From NCBI GenBank assembly GCA_964408175.1, contig CAYOYL010000057.1, positions 1-54,794 on the forward strand: 54,794 bases of DNA, given 5' to 3'. This document shows positions 9,177-17,274 of this stretch, in pieces. The translations under genes and the position numbers were made by a program. The stretch comes from an uncultured bacterium. Lineage in GTDB: Bacteria; Ratteibacteria; UBA8468; B48-G9; JAFGKM01. The notes under the pieces are model-generated. The model did not search any database. It saw nothing but the letters and a program-made list of their open reading frames with translations, and was not told the origin of the DNA. Each line of letters opens with the position of its first letter. Within the stretch, counting starts at the first letter, position 1.

Positions 9177-11522
9177 TCATTTCCAGTTGATTATTGCCTG
9201 CTGTATAACCTCACCTATGTTTCTTACTGCTACTACTTTCAGTTCTTCCCTGACCTTTTTAGGAATCTCTTTAAGGTCTTTTTCGTTTTCAGCAGGGATG
9301 ATTATCTTCTTTATGCCTGAACGGTGGGCAGCAAGAATCTTGGACTTCAGACCCCCTATCTTCAGTACCTTGCCCTGCAGGGTAATCTCACCGGTCATGG
9401 CGATATGAGCATCCACTGGCTTGCCTGTAAGACAGGAGATGAGTGCGGTGGCAATAGTAATTCCTGCAGAAGGACCGTCCTTTGGTATTGCTCCTTCAGG
9501 TACGTGTATATGTATATCCAGGTCTTTGTAAAAATCATCCTTCAGCCCCAGTTCTGAGATGTGAGCCCTGACGTAACTCAGAGCGGCCTGTGCGGATTCT
9601 TTCATCACATCACCGAGTTGTCCTGTTAACATAAGGTTGCCCTTTCCCTTCATTGTCAGCACCTCTGTAAACAAAATCTCACCGCCGTATTCGGTCCACG
9701 CCATACCGGTAGCAACACCCACCTTGTTCTCTTTCTCGCCCTCAAGCGGTGAGAACTTTTCAGGCCCAAGATACCTTTCTATGCTTTTTACGCCGATGTT
9801 ATAAGGACCCTCTTTTTTATTTTCAACTATTCTTTTTGTCACCTTTCTACATATATTTGCAATCTCTCTCTCAAGATTTCTCACACCTGCTTCTCTCGTA
9901 TAGTTTCTTATTATGTAAAATATGGCATCGTCTGAAAACTTCAGGTTTTTGTCTGTAAGTCCATGTTCCTTCAGTTGTTTGGGTATAAGATGCCTCTGGG
10001 CAATCTCTTTTTTCTCCCATATTGTATAACCCGGCAGTGGTATTATTTCCATTCTGTCCAGAAGTGCAGGAGGTATTGAAAACTCAGTATTGGCTGTGGT
10101 TATAAAAAGGATTTTGGACAGGTCAAATTCCACCTCAAGGTAGTGGTCTGAAAAAGTATTGTTCTGCTCTGGGTCCAAAACCTCAAGCAGTGCACTTGAA
10201 GGGTCGCCCCTGAAGTCCTGCCCGAGTTTGTCAATCTCATCGAGAAGAAAAACAGGGTTTCTGACACCAACCTTCCTCAAAGATTGTATTATCCTGCCAG
10301 GCAGAGAACCTATGTAGGTTTTTCTGTGCCCTCTTATTTCAGCCTCATCCCGTATCCCTCCGAGAGAAATCCTTATGCACTTCCTGTCCATCGCCCGGGC
10401 GATAGACTTACCCAGTGATGTTTTACCAACACCTGGAGGACCTACAAAGCAGAGGATGGGGCCCTTAAGACCTTCAGACCTTTTACGGACTGCAAGATAC
10501 TCCAGTATACGTTCCTTTACCTTTTCAAGTCCGTAGTGGTCCTCATTCAGTACGTCTTCCGCATGTTTTATATCAAGATTGTCCTGAGTCTGTCCCTCCC
10601 ATGGAAGACTGATAAGCCACTCAAGATATGTCCTGATAACCGTTGCTTCTGGAGAAAGAGGCATTGTCTTTGAAAGACGTGAAAGTTCTTCTGTCGCTTT
10701 GGACTCGGCGGCTTTCGGCATTCTCGCCTTTTTTATCCTTTCCTTCAGTTGGGTTATCTCATCACTCTCGCCCTCTTTCCCAAGTTCTTTTTGAATTTCC
10801 TTGAGTTGTTCACTCAGGAAATACTGTTTCTGGGTATCTTCTATCTTCTTTATAACCTGATTTTGAATCTTTTTCTGTACCTCAAGAACACCGATTTCAC
10901 TATTCAGCGTGTCTATCAACAACTTGAGCCGTTCCTGAATAGGTATAGTTTCTATAATCGTTCCCTTGTCTTTAATCTTCAGCGGCAGATACCCAGCTAT
11001 CGTATCGCAAAGTCTTGAAAGGTCTTCAATTGTGGAGATGGTGCTGTAAAGTTCTTTCGGTACAGAGGTACTCAAACTCAGGTACTTCTCAAGCAGTTCG
11101 AGGAGAAGCCTTGAAAGGGCCTCATTCTCTTTGCTCTTTACCTCCTCGGTTTTTTCTACAACCCTTTCAATCCTGCAGGTAAAACCTTTCTTGTCCTTGG
11201 TAAAATCTTTTATTAAAGTTCTGCTCAACACCTCCACAAGAATCTTCATCACTCCATTCTGTTCCCTGACACTCTGAATAATCTTTGTGGTAACCCCTAC
11301 GGAGTAAAGATGTTTCAGTTCCGGGTCGTCAACCTGCGGGTCTGTCTGAAAAACAACAACCAGTTCCTCTTCATTGGCTAGTGCCTCCTCCACCGCATTG
11401 ATTGACCGGGTTCTCCCAACAAGCAAAGGAACAACCATATTGGGAAAGATTATAAGGTCTCTTAATGGGAGTGCAGACAAAACCTTTTTTTGTGTTTTAT
11501 TATTTTTTTTGAGTATAGCCAT
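9177..11522 (-). CDS. lon: ATP-dependent Lon protease
   Basis: Walker [14 protein letters not shown] and the catalytic serine context [17 protein letters not shown]. 781 aa. GAGGGG lies upstream of the ATG. Confidence 0.95.
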   Translation of the reverse strand: MAILKKNNKTQKKVLSALPLRDLIIFPNMVVPLLVGRTRSINAVEEALANEEELVVVFQTDPQVDDPELKHLYSVGVTTKIIQSVREQNGVMKILVEVLSRTLIKDFTKDKKGFTCRIERVVEKTEEVKSKENEALSRLLLELLEKYLSLSTSVPKELYSTISTIEDLSRLCDTIAGYLPLKIKDKGTIIETIPIQERLKLLIDTLNSEIGVLEVQKKIQNQVIKKIEDTQKQYFLSEQLKEIQKELGKEGESDEITQLKERIKKARMPKAAESKATEELSRLSKTMPLSPEATVIRTYLEWLISLPWEGQTQDNLDIKHAEDVLNEDHYGLEKVKERILEYLAVRKRSEGLKGPILCFVGPPGVGKTSLGKSIARAMDRKCIRISLGGIRDEAEIRGHRKTYIGSLPGRIIQSLRKVGVRNPVFLLDEIDKLGQDFRGDPSSALLEVLDPEQNNTFSDHYLEVEFDLSKILFITTANTEFSIPPALLDRMEIIPLPGYTIWEKKEIAQRHLIPKQLKEHGLTDKNLKFSDDAIFYIIRNYTREAGVRNLEREIANICRKVTKRIVENKKEGPYNIGVKSIERYLGPEKFSPLEGEKENKVGVATGMAWTEYGGEILFTEVLTMKGKGNLMLTGQLGDVMKESAQAALSYVRAHISELGLKDDFYKDLDIHIHVPEGAIPKDGPSAGITIATALISCLTGKPVDAHIAMTGEITLQGKVLKIGGLKSKILAAHRSGIKKIIIPAENEKDLKEIPKKVREELKVVAVRNIGEVIQQAIINWK

Positions 11523-12138
11523 TTCCCCTCAATAATGAAATTTTGTCGGACTGTATAATTTTATCTCCCAGTCCGTAGTTTAAAGACTCCTCGGCATTCA
11601 TAAAATAGTCCCTGTCAGTATCTTTTTCAATTCTTTTTATGGACTTGCCGGTATGTAAGGCAAGAATCCCGTTTATAATCCCTTTCAGCCGTATCATCTC
11701 TTTGGTCTGTATGCTAACATCCTTTGTGGTGCCTTCAACACCCCCCCACGGCTGGTGTATCAGAACCCTGCTGTTGGGCAGAAGGTATCTTTTGCCCTTC
11801 GTCCCACCTGCAAGCAGAAGGGCACCCATGCTGGATGCCTGTCCTATACAGTAGGTGGAGACATCGCAGGAAACAAACTGCATCGTATCATATATTGCGA
11901 GCCCTGCGGTTATAGACCCTCCAGGTGTATTCAGATAAAGGTTGATATCCTTCTCAGAAGATTCATTCTGGAGGAATAGAAACTCTGCTATGACAACATT
12001 TGCAAGAGAATCAGTTATTGAAGAGCCGATAAAAATAATTCTGTCTTTCAGAAGGCGGGAATATATGTCATAAGCCCGTTCTCCTCTTTCCGTGGATTCT
12101 ATAACGTATGGTATGAGTTGGTTTTGTAGCGTAGACAT
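11500..12138 (-). CDS. clpP: ATP-dependent Clp protease proteolytic subunit
   Basis: RIIFIGSSI, the catalytic Ser in [10 protein letters not shown], His in LIHQP, and Asp in DTDRD. Start chosen at MSTLQ (AAGGAG upstream). The 3' end overlaps the lon start by 23 nt. Confidence 0.95.
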   Translation of the reverse strand: MSTLQNQLIPYVIESTERGERAYDIYSRLLKDRIIFIGSSITDSLANVVIAEFLFLQNESSEKDINLYLNTPGGSITAGLAIYDTMQFVSCDVSTYCIGQASSMGALLLAGGTKGKRYLLPNSRVLIHQPWGGVEGTTKDVSIQTKEMIRLKGIINGILALHTGKSIKRIEKDTDRDYFMNAEESLNYGLGDKIIQSDKISLLRGNGYTQKK

Positions 12139-12196
12139 TTTTTCTCCTTCTAATCCCCCCTTCACCCCCTTTCAAAAGAAGGAATGGGGTACCTGT

Positions 12197-13210
12197 TTAT
12201 CTTATCGTCTTCAGACTTTTTTCTTCCCCCGGTAGAATAACCCTTTTGATTGGATGAACATTATCTGTTAAAATTTTGAGAGCCTTCTGAATTCTTATCT
12301 CATCTTTCATATCATCCATCTTCCCCGCCTTCTCAATCTTATCCTTCACCTGTTCATAAGATTCACCTGCTGAACGACTCAGCGCCGTAATCCTTTCTTT
12401 CACATCTTCTTTACTCACTTCAATTTTCTCCGCATCGGCTATTCTGTCAAGAACAAAGTACTTCTTAATGTTTTTTTCAGCCTCCGGCTTTACCTTTTCA
12501 AAGATATCCTTTGCCAGTTTCTCCTTTTCTTCCTGTGTTTTATCCTTAACATCCATACGGCTGAAATAATCTTCCGTGTATCTCAACGCCTGTTCGTTTA
12601 TCATCTTTTCAGGGACAGGGAAATCTGTGTTTTTAAAAATTTCCATCCATAACTCCTTATCTTCCTCCATACGTGCCTTCATTACATTGTAGTCTTCCAT
12701 CTGTTTTCTTATCTTCTCACGCCAGGCTTTTCTTTTAACAGGGTCAATAATGCTTGCTGTAAGTTCCGGCTTCTTCTCCCATTTTGCAAGTTCTTCCTCA
12801 ACATTTTTTTCAGTTACCGGTTCAGGTTCCCTTTTCTTGACAGATATCCCTTTGTATCTCGGCAGATTAACCTCAGGTTTAACCTCTACGTAGACCTTGA
12901 ACTTTAACGTCCCATCATTAAAACTCACCCCGTAAATATCAGGCTCAACCGCTGGTGAAAGTCCTTTCTGTTTAAGAGCATCAAGATAAACCTTCGGAAC
13001 TATTCGCTTCAAAAGGTTTTCTCTTATTGTATCCTGGTATCTTGTTTCTATAATGGAATCCGGAGCATTGCCTTTTCTGAATCCTTCTATATTAACATTA
13101 TTTTTTATTTCTTTTATGATATCAAGGCGTTCATTGTCAAGTACTTCCTTCTCCACCTCAAATGATATTTCCCTGCCCAGTTTTGATTTCTCAAGAAATT
13201 CAGTTATCAT
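12197..13210 (-). CDS. tig: Trigger factor lacking the central PPIase domain (337 aa)
   Basis: The ribosome-binding signature GFRKGNAP is in the N-domain. The K/E-rich helical C-domain follows directly after ~135 aa, with no FKBP-like segment between them. The gene sits upstream of clpP, as usual for tig. Confidence 0.8.
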   Translation of the reverse strand: MITEFLEKSKLGREISFEVEKEVLDNERLDIIKEIKNNVNIEGFRKGNAPDSIIETRYQDTIRENLLKRIVPKVYLDALKQKGLSPAVEPDIYGVSFNDGTLKFKVYVEVKPEVNLPRYKGISVKKREPEPVTEKNVEEELAKWEKKPELTASIIDPVKRKAWREKIRKQMEDYNVMKARMEEDKELWMEIFKNTDFPVPEKMINEQALRYTEDYFSRMDVKDKTQEEKEKLAKDIFEKVKPEAEKNIKKYFVLDRIADAEKIEVSKEDVKERITALSRSAGESYEQVKDKIEKAGKMDDMKDEIRIQKALKILTDNVHPIKRVILPGEEKSLKTIR

Positions 13211-13334
13211 CTTTTTCTGTCTCCAGTCAATCTGTTTAGATGTAATTCCACCTGCAAAGTTTCAATCCATGATTTCACACCTTCACTTTTCCCCCTTACA
13301 TCTGCAGGGGAGAATACAGGTGGTGGTATGCTTG

Positions 13335-13355
13335 CAAAGCGGGGTACGGGAATCG
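13335..13355 (-). repeat. Duplicated 3' end of tRNA-Gly (21 nt, identical to 13463-13483)
   Basis: CAAAGCGGGGTACGGGAATCG occurs at both positions. Only the copy at 13463-13483 belongs to a complete tRNA. Confidence 0.9.
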
Positions 13356-13465
13356 GCGCCCTCGCATCCCGATACTGCTCGGGTCGGCCACCCGCTGAGA
13401 TTGCTCTTACTCATCGCAATCTCTGACTTCGCTCCCTTCGATTCCCTATTCAAAGAAGAGAACAA

Positions 13466-13536
13466 AGCGGGGTACGGGAATCGAACCCGTATAATCAACT
13501 TGGAAGGCTGATGTTTTACCATTAAACCAACCCCGC
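13466..13536 (-). tRNA. tRNA-Gly (anticodon TCC)
   Basis: 71 nt cloverleaf folded by hand: acceptor GCGGGGT/ACCCCGC, D-arm GTTT-AATGGTA-AAAC, anticodon arm TCAGC-CTTCCAA-GTTGA, T-arm ACGGG-TTCGATT-CCCGT, discriminator T. No encoded CCA. Confidence 0.9.
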
Positions 13537-13545
13537 AAGTAAAGC

Positions 13546-13606
13546 AAGTTTTACTACCTTTGCCAACCAATGAACTCAATCACTGCTAAGTGGGCAGGGG
13601 AGGATT
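13546..13606 (-). repeat. 61 bp direct repeat, copy 1 (last 16 nt of tRNA-Tyr plus 45 nt of its downstream flank)
   Basis: Identical to 14051-14111 by direct comparison. This copy is not attached to a tRNA body. Confidence 0.9.
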
Positions 13607-14050
13607 GTGCTACTGAGAAACGCTACGCACGAACTCCTCATCTTTTTTAATGATGATTGCTAACCTTTTTTCTCAAGGAAGCATTCATCGTCGGTACGGC
13701 TCCTCCGCACACAGTGCTTCGGTAGGCCAGCCGCCTATTCTTTGCTCCTGCTCGTCGCAACTCATAAACAGGCTCTAGCCCTGTGGGCTCGATTTCAATC
13801 CATCGAGCCTTACGGGCGTCGGTCAACGGGCTCACCTTCTCGCCCTCCGTGCTATACAGTGCTCGATAAATTCACCCCCTCATTTTATCCTCCCCCCTTG
13901 AGGGGGAGGAAGTAAGGTGGGGGGCATCCTTCACCCCCACCGCACTCTAATAGAAACAGAGTGTCTGCCTCCCCCCTCAAAGGGGGAGGCGAACAAGGTG
14001 AAACTCATTCGCACCAGCACCAATTCGAATCCTGACCTACCAGTTCAGAA
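13607..14050. repeat. 444 bp non-coding insert between the two 61 bp direct repeats, built from dispersed repeat modules
   Basis: 13819-13993 is the inverted counterpart of window nt 1-168. It contains hairpins at 13888-13910 and 13968-13991, and a ~75 nt module related to the insert behind tRNA-Gly (13356-13462). No credible ORF. Confidence 0.75.
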
Positions 14051-14111
14051 AAGTTTTACTACCTTTGCCAACCAATGAACTCAATCACTGCTAAGTGGGC
14101 AGGGGAGGATT
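14051..14111 (-). repeat. 61 bp direct repeat, copy 2 (overlaps the genuine tRNA-Tyr 3' end)
   Basis: Identical to 13546-13606. Confidence 0.9.
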
Positions 14112-14178
14112 CGAACCTCCGTAGGCGTTAGCCAACGACTTTACAGGCCGTCCCCTTTGGCCGCTCGGGTACCTACCC
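14096..14178 (-). tRNA. tRNA-Tyr (anticodon GTA), long variable arm
   Basis: GGGTAGG-TA-CCCG-AGCGGCCAAA-GGGG-ACGGC-CTGTAAA-GTCGT-TGGCTAACGCCTAC-GGAGG-TTCGAAT-CCTCC-CCTGCCC-A. The architecture closely parallels bacterial type II tRNA-Tyr. Confidence 0.9.
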
Positions 14179-14408
14179 AGTATGAAATGGAAGCCCGTCC
14201 CGCCGCAAGAATTGTATCCTTTGAGACCCTCAAGGTAATGTGGGTACCTTCTCTGACGGCTTCGACTTTTCGCTCAAGGCGAACCTGTCGGCCCCATCAG
14301 AACTTGGTTCCCTAACTAATAGTGTTGGCTCAAGGATAATTAATCCCCACGCACGGAACAGGCTGATTATATTTTACCCTTTTTATAAAAAAAAGTAAAA
14401 TACTATTT

Positions 14409-14819
14409 ATGGTAGTATTTACGAAAAGCCCGAAAGAAACAATGAGACTGGGGAGAAAGATTGCTTTAAAAATTAAAAAAGGGGATGTTGTCGGGTTTAC
14501 CGGTGAACTCGGAAGCGGTAAAACCACTATGATTAAGGGTATCGTAAAACAACTGACAGGGTATGAAGCAACAAGCCCTTCATTTGTTTTGATAAATGAG
14601 TATGAGGGAAAGGTTCCTGTTTTCCATTTTGACCTTTACAGAATAAAGGGTAAAATAGAGGTGGAAAAAATTGGATGGGAAGAATACCTCGGGAAAGGAA
14701 TTGTTCTTATTGAATGGGCTGAAAAAATAAAGGATATGTTACCTGCAAAAACAATTTTTGTGATGTTCCGTTCACTGAATAGCAGAAGGAGAATAGAGAT
14801 AACCAGACTGAAAAGGTAA
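14409..14819 (+). CDS. tsaE: tRNA t6A37 biosynthesis ATPase TsaE (YjeE family)
   Basis: P-loop GELGSGKTT, the FDLYR motif, and the typical ~135 aa size. Confidence 0.85.
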   Translation: MVVFTKSPKETMRLGRKIALKIKKGDVVGFTGELGSGKTTMIKGIVKQLTGYEATSPSFVLINEYEGKVPVFHFDLYRIKGKIEVEKIGWEEYLGKGIVLIEWAEKIKDMLPAKTIFVMFRSLNSRRRIEITRLKR

Positions 14820-14876
14820 AACCATAACCCCTCATATGCAAGCGTACCAGAACGAATCCGGGGTAAAGGAGTAAAA

Positions 14877-16271
14877 ATGACAAGTAGAGAACGGGTTTTA
14901 AAAGCATTAAATCATCAGATACCTGATAGAGTCCCAATACACGACGCTCCTTGGAGTTCTACCGTACAAAGGTGGCATAAGGAAGGTCTGCCTGAAGACA
15001 CAACTCCTGAAGAACATTTTGGATTTGAGTTTGAACATTTCGGGGCTGATATATCTCCAAGACTGCCAGTAAAGGTGCTGGAGAAAAACGAAGAGTATAT
15101 CATAACCACGACACCGCAGGGTGGCAAAAGACGTAACCACAGGGACTACTCCACCACACCGGAAATTATTGACTGGCCTGTAAAAACAAAAGATGACTGG
15201 AAAGAGATTAAAAAACTATTGAAACCTGAGTTTACAAGGATTGACTGGGCATCTGGACTGGCAAGAAACAAAACCGCCCATGAAGAAGGGAAATTTCTAT
15301 GCTACGCAGGCGGGTATGGATACGACATACTCCAGTCCTATGTGAGTTCCGAACAACTGCTCACCATAATGGCAGATGACCCTGAGTGGATGAAGGAGAT
15401 GGTAATGACTCTTGCAGAATCTACAATTATTATGGCGGAACTGATGCTAAATAATGGATTCAGGTTTGACGCTGCATTTCTATACAATGATATGGGATAC
15501 AAAAACGGCCTGCTCTTTTCACCTGACACCTATAAAAAAACACACTATGAGGCAGACAGTCTTGTATATGCCTATTTTCACTCAAAGGGAATGAAAACTA
15601 TACTGCACAGTTGCGGGAATGTATCGGAACTGATTCCCATTCTCATTGAAACAGGTCTGGACTGCCTGCAGCCGCTTGAGGTTAAAGCAGGAATGAATGT
15701 CATCAAACTAAAAGAAAAGTACGGTGACAGTCTGTCTTTCATGGGCGGAATAGATGTTCGCCTGATGGCAGACGAGGACCCTTCTAAGATAGAGCAGGAG
15801 ATAAAAACAAAATTTGAAGCCGCCAAGAAAAATGGCGGATACATATACCATTCAGACCATTCAATACCCAACAATGTAAGTTTTCAACAGTACTGCAGGG
15901 TCATAGAACTTGTAAAGCAATACGGTGCATATCCTGAAGAAGAGATAGAGGCACAGAAAGAGCAGCCGCAGGCACCTGAAAAACCTCCCGCGGGTTCCGG
16001 TCAGACAGAGGGTAAAAAGAGACGCGGACTCTTCGGGAAAAAGGGAGAAAAAGCAGCACCTGCCGCACCAAAACCCGCATCTGCACCTCCTCCTGCAGCA
16101 GAGGGAAAAACAGGGAGGGGATTATTTGGCAGGAAGGGCGTTAAAAAAGAAGAGCCGCCGGTGGCTAAACCGGTCCCAGCAAAACCAGCGGTTGCCCCGC
16201 CGAAGACAGAACAACCGTCGGATGACACAAAGAAGAAGAGCTTCAAGATGCCCTTCGGGAAGAAGAGATGA
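14877..16271 (+). CDS. Uroporphyrinogen-decarboxylase (URO-D/MtaA-like) family protein with a 112 aa K/P/A-rich C-terminal tail
   Basis: The N-terminus ERVLKALNHQIPDRVPI and the overall ~350 aa core resemble URO-D-fold proteins. The tail (15933-16268) carries RGLFGKKG and RGLFGRKG repeats. AAAGGAG RBS. Confidence 0.65.
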   Translation: MTSRERVLKALNHQIPDRVPIHDAPWSSTVQRWHKEGLPEDTTPEEHFGFEFEHFGADISPRLPVKVLEKNEEYIITTTPQGGKRRNHRDYSTTPEIIDWPVKTKDDWKEIKKLLKPEFTRIDWASGLARNKTAHEEGKFLCYAGGYGYDILQSYVSSEQLLTIMADDPEWMKEMVMTLAESTIIMAELMLNNGFRFDAAFLYNDMGYKNGLLFSPDTYKKTHYEADSLVYAYFHSKGMKTILHSCGNVSELIPILIETGLDCLQPLEVKAGMNVIKLKEKYGDSLSFMGGIDVRLMADEDPSKIEQEIKTKFEAAKKNGGYIYHSDHSIPNNVSFQQYCRVIELVKQYGAYPEEEIEAQKEQPQAPEKPPAGSGQTEGKKRRGLFGKKGEKAAPAAPKPASAPPPAAEGKTGRGLFGRKGVKKEEPPVAKPVPAKPAVAPPKTEQPSDDTKKKSFKMPFGKKR

Positions 16272-17215
16272 AAAAAGCAGTGGGGATTGACCTTGGCGGC
16301 ACGTATATAAAGGCCGGGCTTACCGACGATAAGGGGTCTATACTTAAAAAACAACAGTTCCCTACGCTCGGAGAAAAGAATGACAGAGAGGTTGTTTTAA
16401 GACAGATGGAAGCCGCCGTTGAATTCGCACTTGAGGGGACTGATGGGAAGGTTGCAGGGATAGGTATAGGGACGCCCGGGGTTGTTGATAATGAAGGGGT
16501 TGTCTTTTCTGCACCGAACCTGCCAGGATGGGACAACCTGCCTCTCAAACAGATATTTACGGATAGATACAAACTGCCTGTTGTAGTAGAAAATGACGTG
16601 AATACCATAGCATGGGGAGAATTTTTATACGGAGCAGGGAAAGGATACAATACCATCATATGCATCACCCTCGGAACAGGCTTAGGCGGAGGTATTGTTA
16701 AAGACGGCAGACTGCTTCGCGGAGGGAAGTATTCCGCCATAGAGATAGGGCATATGACCATTGACTATAAGGGACCGCAGTGCAAATGCGGAAACTATGG
16801 CTGTATAGAAAGATTCGTGGGCAGAGACTACATCGTTGAACGCGCAGTGAATGCCATAAAAGACGGCAAAAAAACACTGATATATGACCTTGTCAACGGG
16901 CATCTTGAAGATATAACTCCCAAAATAATCTCCGATGCATACAAACAGGGAGATAAGGTAGCCACTGATATATGGATAGATGTTGGAGTCTGTCTGGGGG
17001 CATTGTTTACCAGCCTCGTCAATCTTTTGAACCCTGAACTGATAATTATCGGAGGCGGTATCTCTCAGAGAACAGAGATTATGTTTGAGACCATAGAAAA
17101 GAAGATTAAAGAACAGGCGATGCCAAAACTGGCGGAGAATGTAAAGGTTGTAAGGTCAAAACTCGGGACTGACGCAGGCATTATTTCAGCAGGTGCTCTC
17201 GTATTCCAGCAGTAA
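16268..17215 (+). CDS. ROK-family glucokinase
   Basis: AVGIDLGGTYIKAG, the ROK signature region, and the zinc motif CKCGNYGCIE. ATGA overlap with the upstream gene. Confidence 0.85.
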   Translation: MKKAVGIDLGGTYIKAGLTDDKGSILKKQQFPTLGEKNDREVVLRQMEAAVEFALEGTDGKVAGIGIGTPGVVDNEGVVFSAPNLPGWDNLPLKQIFTDRYKLPVVVENDVNTIAWGEFLYGAGKGYNTIICITLGTGLGGGIVKDGRLLRGGKYSAIEIGHMTIDYKGPQCKCGNYGCIERFVGRDYIVERAVNAIKDGKKTLIYDLVNGHLEDITPKIISDAYKQGDKVATDIWIDVGVCLGALFTSLVNLLNPELIIIGGGISQRTEIMFETIEKKIKEQAMPKLAENVKVVRSKLGTDAGIISAGALVFQQ

Positions 17216-17274
17216 AATCTTTCACTCTTCCTCCCCCGGCAAAAAGTTCCACTGTATTTATGCCTTCCCGTTCG

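Noticed and set aside
13053-13835. ORFs 13053-13511, 13283-13579 and 13647-13835.
   Set aside because: They run through tRNA-Gly, the duplicated tRNA ends and the repeat modules. They are artefacts of stop-poor GC-rich repeats.
1-13993. A composite transposon or genomic island bounded by the inverted ~170 bp repeats.
   Set aside because: The segment contains core housekeeping genes (lon, clpP, tig, tRNA-Gly) and no transposase or integrase. I kept it only as a possible inversion substrate.
14011-14049. T-loop-like string GGATTCGAATTGG suggesting a third tRNA or tmRNA fragment.
   Set aside because: No acceptor, D or anticodon arms can be folded around it.
14179-14408. The 230 nt upstream of tRNA-Tyr, examined for another tRNA, RNase P, SRP or 6S RNA.
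   Set aside because: No conserved core motifs of these RNAs were seen (GAGGAAAGTCC, GGAAGCAGCC-type, or GTTCGAATC with matching arms). There is only an imperfect hairpin, CCTTGAGGGTCTCAAAGG.
16001-16761. Antisense ORFs 16001-16354 and 16243-16761, opposite the URO-D tail and the glucokinase gene.
   Set aside because: They are a consequence of the GC- and Pro/Ala-rich tail and of the well-supported ROK gene. They have no independent signals.
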